From NCBI GenBank assembly GCA_902786285.1, contig CADABX010000002.1, positions 20,855 through 84,854 of the forward strand: a DNA stretch of 64,000 bases, read 5' to 3'. Origin of the DNA: Oscillospiraceae bacterium (GTDB lineage: Bacteria > Bacillota > Clostridia > Oscillospirales > Acutalibacteraceae). Below, piece by piece: positions 57,131-64,000 of the stretch. Within the stretch, counting starts at the first letter, position 1, and each line of letters opens with the position of its first letter. The notes under the pieces are model-generated. The model was not told where the DNA came from. It did not search any database and saw nothing but the letters and a program-made list of their open reading frames with translations. A program made the translations under genes and the position numbers.

Positions 57131-57213
57131 ATATCCGGCACCCGGCAGTGACGGGTGTCGGATATAGCTATGAACCGATTCACAAGGATCACCGCCCTTG
57201 CGGGCGGCGATCC
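57131..57213 (-). promoter_or_regulatory. two strong intercistronic stem-loops between the binding-protein gene and the permease genes
   Basis: The 57131-57165 hairpin is ATATCCGGCACCCG/CGGGTGTCGGATAT (14 bp, one wobble). The 57186-57213 hairpin is GGATCACCGCCC-ttgc-GGGCGGCGATCC (12 bp, one mismatch). Neither has a clear U-tract on the minus strand. Confidence 0.55.
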
Positions 57214-57228
57214 GGTTGCGGATAAGGG

Positions 57229-59472
57229 TTATGCCATTTCGATGGTTTCCACTTCGTTCATCCAGCTCCAATACGGGGTCATATCGGGCGTGAGGGTGTC
57301 AACCTTCACACGCTGGGTGGACACGGTGTAAACTTCAGAACGCTGATAGATGGGAATCTCAACGGCCCAATCCATCACGATTTCCATCGCAGCCTTATAC
57401 AGACCCTTTCTGTAGGTCTGATCGCTGGACTTGCGGGCGTCAAGGATCAGCTGGTCAAGCTCTTTATCATAGATGCCGTAATAGTTCGTGGAGCCCTTGC
57501 TGTGATAGATCTGATACATGTCGGGATCGCTCGTTGCGCCCCAGGCAGCGCACCAGATTTCGGCCTGGCCGCTCTGATAGGAAGCATACAGGTCGCTCGC
57601 CTGTGCGATATCGTTGACGGTCAGGGTGAAGCCGATCGTCTTGAGCGCGTCGGAAGCGGTCTTGAGAAGCAGGAACGACGGATGGTCGCCGCTGCCGCCG
57701 GCGCCGATATTGACGGTGTATTCCAACTTTGCGCCCTTCGGAGCGGAAACGAGCTTGCCGTCCTTGACGGTGTAGCCGGCCTTCTCAAAGAAGCCGAGTG
57801 CAGCCTGGAGCGCAGCTTCATAGCGCTGTTCGGCGGTCATCTGCGCGGTGTAGATCGGGTTGCCGTTCACGTCGACAGAGTATGCCACTGTGTAACCGTC
57901 GTCGGTCACCTGCGGCGCAGCCCAGGACGTGGAGGAGATCGGGTAGTTGATGACGGAAGCGGTCTCGCCGTAATAGGAGTCGATCGCCTCGTCGCGGTAT
58001 GCCGCGATCACGGTTGCGATGGCCTTACGCAGATTCTTGGAAGCGTCGGAATCAATCTTGCCGTTGACGGAAACGTTCTTGGAGTTCATGGCGATATAGC
58101 CGTAGCCAAGGAAGTCATACAGCTTCGTGGTAATCACGTCGCCGGTGATGTTGCCGCCGTTGTAGGATTCGATCTGCGACACAACGTCCTTGGAGTAGGA
58201 CGGGTCGGAGATGTCGAAGGTGCCGGCTTCGATGCCGGGTACCTTATCGTCGTCCTGGGTTTCCAGGAACTGGAGATACTTGGTCTTCGGTTCGCCCTTG
58301 AAATAATCCTTGTTGGATTCCAGATACACGATACCGTTGGTATAATCGCTGAACGTGTAGGGGCCTGCGCCGAGCGGCTTCGTGGTCTTCGCACGGATGG
58401 AGGAAAGGTCGCCCTTCGGGAAGCCGAACTGGTTGTTGTCGTAATCATACGCGTCCTTGCTGCCGTAGTAGTGCAGCGGCGCGATCTGAACGGCGAGCTG
58501 ATAAATCATGTTTGCGGAAACCTCGGTGGAGGTCACGCGCATGGTGTAATCGTCGATCTTTTCAATACCTTCGATGTTTGCGGCGGAGTTACCGGTCTGC
58601 ACGCCGGCCTGATAGTCCGCCCAAGCGTCGCCGAGCTCTGCTTCCATTGCATCCGTGAAACCGAGGTTGCCTTTTTCAGCGTTGATGCCGTCGTCGGACA
58701 CATCATAGCCGTAGGTTTCAACGATGGTCTTGAAGAAATCCGCTTCCGTTGCGTCGTCCGCAAGATCATAGCCCCAGTTGGCGGCCCAGGTCTTGACGGA
58801 ATCCTCTTCGGTGTTGTAGCCTGCGTCAAGCAGATACTGACGGATGCCGTCGACAAATGCCACACCGGCCTTGTCAAACGCAGCCCAGAAGGCGTTGTAC
58901 TGCTCTTCGGTGAAGAAGTCGTTGGCTTCATACTTGTCCGGACCTGCCGCAAGGATCAGGTTCATGCGGGATTCCATACCGCTTCTGTATGCTTCCATGC
59001 CTTTGATCGGCTGGCTGTACAGGGTGGAGGAACCGTCATAGGTCGGGTCGCTGAGCACGTACATCGAGAAGATGACGTCGTCGATGGTGACAGGCTCGCC
59101 GTCGGAGAACACAAGGTCGTCGCGCAGCTTGATATCATAGGTGACAGTGCCGTCGGCATTTTCAGTCACTTCGACATCGCTCGTGCCCTTGTAGGTGTAG
59201 TCCGTGCCGTTGTAGGAACGGGTTTCACCTTCGATACCCTTGAGCACCGGTGCGCCCACACGGTCGAGATACAGCACGCTGATCTGCGTCATGTCCACGA
59301 TGTGCATATCTTCTGCACTGGCCGCAAAGAACGGAGAGAACTTGTTCTCAAAGTGTGCGGAAGACACAACGAGGGGTTTGCTGTTTGCGCCGCCCTTGCC
59401 GCAAGCTGCAAACAGCGTCAGGCAAAGAACAGCGGCCAAAACAAGCGCGATGATTCGTTTTGCATTTTTCAC
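57229..59472 (-). CDS. ABC transporter substrate-binding lipoprotein, family 5 (peptide/nickel type)
   Basis: 747 aa with the lipobox LTLFAACGK. It has a GTG start 9 nt after AAGGAG and is the first gene of the five-gene operon. Confidence 0.85.
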   Translation of the reverse strand: MKNAKRIIALVLAAVLCLTLFAACGKGGANSKPLVVSSAHFENKFSPFFAASAEDMHIVDMTQISVLYLDRVGAPVLKGIEGETRSYNGTDYTYKGTSDVEVTENADGTVTYDIKLRDDLVFSDGEPVTIDDVIFSMYVLSDPTYDGSSTLYSQPIKGMEAYRSGMESRMNLILAAGPDKYEANDFFTEEQYNAFWAAFDKAGVAFVDGIRQYLLDAGYNTEEDSVKTWAANWGYDLADDATEADFFKTIVETYGYDVSDDGINAEKGNLGFTDAMEAELGDAWADYQAGVQTGNSAANIEGIEKIDDYTMRVTSTEVSANMIYQLAVQIAPLHYYGSKDAYDYDNNQFGFPKGDLSSIRAKTTKPLGAGPYTFSDYTNGIVYLESNKDYFKGEPKTKYLQFLETQDDDKVPGIEAGTFDISDPSYSKDVVSQIESYNGGNITGDVITTKLYDFLGYGYIAMNSKNVSVNGKIDSDASKNLRKAIATVIAAYRDEAIDSYYGETASVINYPISSTSWAAPQVTDDGYTVAYSVDVNGNPIYTAQMTAEQRYEAALQAALGFFEKAGYTVKDGKLVSAPKGAKLEYTVNIGAGGSGDHPSFLLLKTASDALKTIGFTLTVNDIAQASDLYASYQSGQAEIWCAAWGATSDPDMYQIYHSKGSTNYYGIYDKELDQLILDARKSSDQTYRKGLYKAAMEIVMDWAVEIPIYQRSEVYTVSTQRVKVDTLTPDMTPYWSWMNEVETIEMA

Positions 59473-59617
59473 AGAAAAACACTCCTTTTCTTTTTTGGAC
59501 GGATTCGCCGCCCGCGATTTTTATAATGACAGCCTTCGCTGCAATTACCGAAAAATATGCGCAATACCAATGGTATTGCATGAGAAGGGGTACCCCTTCT
59601 CATGATGGTCTTTGTTG

Positions 59618-60151
59618 TCACACGCTTTCCCATGCTGCGCGCTTTAGGACTTTCAATTCCAAAAGCGCCAAGGCGCACACTGCCGCCTGCAGCAGCAGAT
59701 AGATGATGACCGGCGCGGGAAAGCTCTTTTCGATCGCGCTGAGGACGACCACACTGCCGAACGTGAGTATCGCCGCCAAAGCGTCGATGACCGCCAAAAC
59801 CGGCAGCCGTTTTGCGGTCTGTTTAAAAATGTAGCTGCGCACCACACTGCCCTGCAGCAGCAAGCGTACCGCCGACCAGGCGAATGCCGCGGTGAAAACG
59901 ACCTCGAGCATATACGGCACGAGCACCCACACGGTGTTGTCGAGTGTACCGACATTCAGACAGCCGGTGGCCGCAACACACACGGCAAGGCATGCCGTCA
60001 AAACGCCGTTTGTCAGCCGGAACCGCCGGAATGCCGCTTCCTCGCCGCCGAATTTCATGTGGCTGCCGCGGTAGGCGTACTGTCCGTCGCCGCCGAGCCG
60101 GATCTCATCGAGCCACGGCCGTCTGCCGCGCGGCTTTTTGTCCGCCATCAT
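59618..60151 (-). CDS. hypothetical membrane protein (4 TM)
   Basis: 177 aa with four hydrophobic segments. An ATGA overlap with the pepF stop indicates translational coupling. I recognise no family. Confidence 0.55.
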   Translation of the reverse strand: MMADKKPRGRRPWLDEIRLGGDGQYAYRGSHMKFGGEEAAFRRFRLTNGVLTACLAVCVAATGCLNVGTLDNTVWVLVPYMLEVVFTAAFAWSAVRLLLQGSVVRSYIFKQTAKRLPVLAVIDALAAILTFGSVVVLSAIEKSFPAPVIIYLLLQAAVCALALLELKVLKRAAWESV

Positions 60152-61851
60152 GCGATCCCGGAAAGGTCAAATGCGTCAAGATACGCTTTGGCCTTTTCGC
60201 AAACGCCGCGCAGACATGCTTCGTCAAAGGGCGAATCGAGACCGGCGGTTTTCAGCAGTTCGGTAAACACCTTGCTGCCGCCCTGCTCGGTATAGGCGAG
60301 GTAGTAGCGCCAGGCGTCGTCTTTGTCGGCCTGGATCTTCGCCCAGAATTCGAGCGCCACGGTCTGCGCCAGACAGTAGTCGATATAATAGAAGGGGAAG
60401 GAATAGATGTGGTGCTGACGCTGCCAGCCTTCGCCCTCGCTGTAAAACGGAATATCGCCGTCGAGCTTCTGCCACGGCATATACACGCCCAACAGCCGCT
60501 TCCAGCAATCGTGGCGCTCGCGCGGCGTCCAGTCGGGATGCTCAAATACCTCGTGCTGGAAATGGTCGACCATCGTGCCGTAGGGGATGAAGGTCAGCGC
60601 CCCGGCGAGATGGCTGTATTTGAATTTCTGCGTGTCCTTGCCAAAGAACAGCTCCGCCCACGGCCAGGAGAAAAACTCCATCGACATGGAGTGCACTTCG
60701 CAGCCCTCCATGCTCGGCAAAATCGTGTCGACCGGGATGCGGTGGATGTTTTTCCACGCGGCAAAGGCATGGCCCGCTTCGTGGATCACCGTCTCCACAT
60801 CGTCGCGCGTGCCGTTGAAGTTGGCAAAGATGAACGGCACTTCGTAGTCGATCAACTCGGTGCAGTAGCCGCCGCCCTGCTTGCCCTCGGTCGACAGCAC
60901 GTCCATCAGCTCGTTGTCGAGCATCATGCGGAAGAATTTGCCGGTTTCGGGAGAGAGCGCGTCATAAAACGCCTTGCCGGCGTTCAGCGTGTCCTGCGGC
61001 GTGCCGGTCGGCTTTGCCTCGCCGGTGCGGAACATCACGGCGTTGTCGGCAAAGCTCATGGGGTACTCTTTGCCGAATCGTTTGGCCTTGTCGCGGAAAA
61101 TGCGGTCGGCCAGCGGCACCAGATAGGTGCGCACGGCGGCGCGGAACTGTTCCACGTCGTTCTGGTCATAGCAGTTACGGCCCATGCGGTAATAACCGAG
61201 CGGGATATAGCCGCCGTAGCCGAGCTTTTTGCCCATCGTGTCGCGCAGATGCACCAGCTTGTCATACAATTCGTCAAGCTGCGCCTGATTGTCTTTGTAC
61301 CACTGCCCTTCGGCCTTCCACGCGGCAAGTCTTCTTTCGTCGTCGGGGTCCTGTTTGAGCGGGCCGATCTGCGCGATGGTATAGGTCTTGCCCTCAAACG
61401 GGATCTGCGCGCTCGCCAGCAGCTTTTCATACGCTTGTACCAGATCGTTTTCCTGCTGCAGCTCGGGGATGATCTCCGGCGAAAACGTCTTGAGCTCGAT
61501 CTGGGCGTTGAGAAACATCACGCTGCCGTACTCTTTTTCGAAGTCCGCGCGAAACGGACTTTCGAGCAGCGCCCTTGTCCATGTTTGCTGATCCTCCTGC
61601 ACCTCGGGCAAAACGGCATTGAAGAAATCCGCCTCCGCTTCATAGAACGCGTCGCGCGTGTCGATCGAATGGCGCACTTCCACAAGCGTGCTCAGGGTGG
61701 ACAGGTGCTTTTCCAGCTCCTGCTGCTGCAAAAAGGCGGCTTTCGCCGCGCTGAAATCCGGCGCTTTTTTGAGCGTTTCGGTCAGATCTCTGAGTTGTTT
61801 GCGAAACGCGTCAACGTCCGGACGGGTATAGGGCATGTCGGAAAATTTCAT
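60148..61851 (-). CDS. pepF: M3 family oligoendopeptidase (PepF-like)
   Basis: Zinc motif VIHEAGHAF with a downstream E. ATG 61851 (MKFSDMPYTRPDV) lies downstream of AGAGGAA; the track start is TTG 61872. Confidence 0.88.
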   Translation of the reverse strand: MKFSDMPYTRPDVDAFRKQLRDLTETLKKAPDFSAAKAAFLQQQELEKHLSTLSTLVEVRHSIDTRDAFYEAEADFFNAVLPEVQEDQQTWTRALLESPFRADFEKEYGSVMFLNAQIELKTFSPEIIPELQQENDLVQAYEKLLASAQIPFEGKTYTIAQIGPLKQDPDDERRLAAWKAEGQWYKDNQAQLDELYDKLVHLRDTMGKKLGYGGYIPLGYYRMGRNCYDQNDVEQFRAAVRTYLVPLADRIFRDKAKRFGKEYPMSFADNAVMFRTGEAKPTGTPQDTLNAGKAFYDALSPETGKFFRMMLDNELMDVLSTEGKQGGGYCTELIDYEVPFIFANFNGTRDDVETVIHEAGHAFAAWKNIHRIPVDTILPSMEGCEVHSMSMEFFSWPWAELFFGKDTQKFKYSHLAGALTFIPYGTMVDHFQHEVFEHPDWTPRERHDCWKRLLGVYMPWQKLDGDIPFYSEGEGWQRQHHIYSFPFYYIDYCLAQTVALEFWAKIQADKDDAWRYYLAYTEQGGSKVFTELLKTAGLDSPFDEACLRGVCEKAKAYLDAFDLSGIA

Positions 61852-61895
61852 GAGTTTCGGTTCCTCTTTCAAAATGGAAAATCTTAAGATATATT

Positions 61896-61924
61896 ATTAT
61901 ACCATGTAGAAAAGCCGAGTGCAA
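61896..61924 (-). promoter_or_regulatory. candidate sigmaA promoter for pepF
   Basis: On the minus strand: TTGCAC (61919-61924), a 17-nt spacer, then TGG-TATAAT (61896-61901). Confidence 0.6.
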
Positions 61925-62073
61925 TCTTTTTTGAAAAAAGAGTTGCATTTTGTCCTTGACGCACAAAAAAACGAACATAAAATCGTGAACAATCACAAAT
62001 GCTTGTTTCAATCCGAAAAAACGCAAGAGCCGTTTGCCTCGTTTTTGAGACAAACGGCCCGAATCTGTCAGAA

Positions 62074-62871
62074 TCAAACGGTTGCTGCTGCCGGTGCGTC
62101 CGCCGTGGCTGCGGCCTCTTCTTCGATCATGCGGTTGATATCGCCCTTGCCGCGGTGGCGGTAGGGAACAAAGCGCAAGATCACATACATCACAACGCCG
62201 CCCACAAAGTTCATGATGATATCCGCCATCGTGTCCATCAGCGGGAAGCGCTTGGAAAACAGTTCGGGATCCTTGATCGGGATCATCTGGAAAATCCGCT
62301 GAATGTCGCCGCCGACGGTGTCCAGCGCGGCCTGCAGATTCCAGTGCTGTGCGTCGCCGCCGAAAAACTGGTCATAGGTGAACTCAAACAGCTCCCACGC
62401 CGACGACAGGATGAACCCGAAGCCGAATGCGCAAAGCACGGCAATCTGTGCAGGGCAGGTCTTTTTCAGCTTGAGCTGCGTGGCGCAGGTGTATTCATAG
62501 CCGATATAAACGGCCTCCGCGGTGCCCAGCGCATGGAGAATCTTGTCGTACATCGGTAAAATGTAATAAAGATTCAGATAAGCGCCGCCAAACGAGCCGA
62601 GGAAAAAGCCGAGTGCCGTGATATTTTGGAACCGCGGCGAAAAAAATTGCAGCCGGCTCTTTTTGGGAAACAGAAACACGATGATCTCATAGGCAAACAT
62701 GCCGACAAGGTTGGCAAAAATCTGAATCGGCGGGTTGCTGGCGGTGTAGCTGCTGCCGCTGAAAATCGTGTCAAACAGCGCGTAGATCATCGCGCACCGC
62801 AAAATCCACCAGTAAACAAGCTCCCACTTGTGGACAGAACTGAAGATTGTATTGAAGCGTTCTCGAATCAT
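62074..62871 (-). CDS. hypothetical polytopic membrane protein
   Basis: About 6-7 hydrophobic segments and an acidic/Ala tail. ATG 62871 follows GGAGGG. I recognise no family. Confidence 0.55.
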   Translation of the reverse strand: MIRERFNTIFSSVHKWELVYWWILRCAMIYALFDTIFSGSSYTASNPPIQIFANLVGMFAYEIIVFLFPKKSRLQFFSPRFQNITALGFFLGSFGGAYLNLYYILPMYDKILHALGTAEAVYIGYEYTCATQLKLKKTCPAQIAVLCAFGFGFILSSAWELFEFTYDQFFGGDAQHWNLQAALDTVGGDIQRIFQMIPIKDPELFSKRFPLMDTMADIIMNFVGGVVMYVILRFVPYRHRGKGDINRMIEEEAAATADAPAAATV

Positions 62872-63052
62872 AGCATCGCCCTCCATGGCGCACATTATAG
62901 CATAGAACCCCGAGAAAAGCAAGGTCGAATTGTGACGGTTCTATAACAATTCGGTTAAAAAAGGGCAAAGCCGGGCGAAATGATTCGATTTTGGAATGAT
63001 AACCACGAACAGGCGCCAATGATGACAGATGGAAAAATTTTTTAAAACAGTA

Positions 63053-63103
63053 TTGACACAGTGTCAATGTCATGCTATAATGACATTGTTGACATGGTGT
63101 CAA
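63053..63103 (+). promoter_or_regulatory. consensus promoter with twin palindromic operators upstream of the TetR gene
   Basis: TTGACA (63053-63058), a 17-nt spacer, then TATAAT (63076-63081). Operator 1 is TTGACAcagTGTCAA (63053-63067) and covers the -35 box. Operator 2 is TTGACAtggTGTCAA (63089-63103) and lies just downstream of the -10 box. A third inverted repeat, ATGTCAT...ATGACAT, brackets the -10 box. Confidence 0.7.
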
Positions 63104-63130
63104 TGAAAAGAGAGCAGAGGAGGAGCCGGT

Positions 63131-63760
63131 ATGATCAAAGGAACACCGGAACTGATTGCGGATCGCCGGGAAACGATCATCAACGCCTGCGAACAGCTTT
63201 ATGCAACCATGCCCTTTCGCGAGATCACGCTCAAGGAGATCGGCGCGCTTGTGCCGTTTTCGCGCCCGACCATCTACAATTATTTCCAGACGAAGGAAGA
63301 AATCTTCCTCGCCCTGTTCACACGCGAATACGACCGCTGGAACGCAGACCTCGACGCGCTGCTGCAAGAGAACCGCGCGCTGTCCAAGCCGCAGCTTGCC
63401 GGCAAGATCGCCGAAACGCTGACAAAACGGCCGCAGCTTCTCCGGCTGCTTGCCATGAACAACTTCGACATGGAGGCCAACAGCCGTCCCGAGCTGCTCA
63501 CGGCGTTTAAAACGTCCTACGGCCGGTCGCTGTCTTTGGTGCAACGCCTGCTTCGCAAGTTTTGTCCCGCACTTTCCGACGCCGAAGTTCAAACCGTTTT
63601 GTATGTCTTCTTTCCATTCATGTTCGGTATCTACCCCTATACGGCGGTGACGGACAAGCAAAAAGAAGCGATGAAACAGGCGGGTGTGGATTTCGCCTAT
63701 GCGTCGGTCTATGAACTCGTATACAATTGTCTGATTCGTCTGATTGGCGAATCAGCTTAA
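63131..63760 (+). CDS. TetR/AcrR family transcriptional regulator
   Basis: N-terminal HTH region (FREITLKEIGALVPFSRPTIYNYFQTKEEIF). A GGAGGAGG RBS is present. Confidence 0.88.
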   Translation: MIKGTPELIADRRETIINACEQLYATMPFREITLKEIGALVPFSRPTIYNYFQTKEEIFLALFTREYDRWNADLDALLQENRALSKPQLAGKIAETLTKRPQLLRLLAMNNFDMEANSRPELLTAFKTSYGRSLSLVQRLLRKFCPALSDAEVQTVLYVFFPFMFGIYPYTAVTDKQKEAMKQAGVDFAYASVYELVYNCLIRLIGESA

Positions 63761-63789
63761 ACGATCTTATCTGCAAAGAAGTCATCACA

Positions 63790-64000
63790 ATGAAAACTTT
63801 ACCGAAAATTGCGCTCGGCGCGTGTGCGTGGGGCAACGACGGCACCTTCGGCGGCGATCTGAGTGCCGAAACACTGCGGCCGATCTTTGATACGGCTATG
63901 GCGCACGGCCTCAACCTTTGGGACACCGCCTACGCCTACGGCATGGGCACCTCCGAAAAGGTGCTGGCCGGCTTTTTAAAAGATCTGCCGCGTGACAATT
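63790..64000 (+). CDS. aldo/keto reductase (N-terminal fragment; the gene continues past the window end)
   Basis: My translation is MKTLPKIALGACAWGNDGTFGGDLSAETLRPIFDTAMAHGLNLWDTAYAYGMGTSEKVLAGFLKDLPRDN. It contains the AKR signature LWDTAxxYGxGxSExxLG. It is absent from the track because it has no stop in the window. Confidence 0.75.
   Translation, partial: MKTLPKIALGACAWGNDGTFGGDLSAETLRPIFDTAMAHGLNLWDTAYAYGMGTSEKVLAGFLKDLPRDN

Overview
High-GC Clostridia-type chromosomal segment, probably a sporulating gut anaerobe (inferred from GGAGG ribosome-binding sites, spoIID, an IspH-S1 fusion and lon-yihA linkage). About 50 genes are tightly packed, and most are housekeeping or transport. In order they are: an ECF sigma/anti-sigma pair, corA, an amidohydrolase, an acyl-CoA ligase with an SSS transporter, an iorA-iorB-paaK-ACT operon, a flavoprotein, cmk, ispH-rpsA, spoIID, citrate synthase, an AEC transporter, lgt, folD, a PspC protein, an Sfp-type PPTase, a GPH symporter, a NUDIX hydrolase, prs, an MscS channel, a zur-znuC-znuB/A operon, a polysaccharide deacetylase, lon, yihA, glpP, a GNAT, a five-gene Opp/Dpp-type peptide ABC operon, pepF, and a TetR regulator with an aldo/keto reductase. 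I saw no rRNA, tRNA, CRISPR array, transposase, integrase or phage genes. The stand-out is a 12,030-nt gene (11341-23370) for a 4009-aa secreted protein. It is built almost entirely from roughly 65-70 short Cys/His-punctuated modules that I cannot assign to a named family. A smaller 856-aa paralog lies at 28291-30861. It fuses a DUF6273-like domain, encoded on a low-GC island, to the same modules. The two genes share three things: an unusual C-terminal CxxC plus His-containing hydrophobic tail, their own promoters and terminators, and the same mosaic multi-hairpin repeat element in their upstream intergenic regions. The paralog also has a structured leader with a terminator/antiterminator arrangement. 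Other points worth noting are a ZnuB-ZnuA permease/binding-protein fusion under a consensus promoter with a Fur-family 7-1-7 box, and a TetR gene with twin TTGACA-N3-TGTCAA operators bracketing a consensus promoter. All coordinates of small motifs were hand-indexed and may be off by 1 nt.
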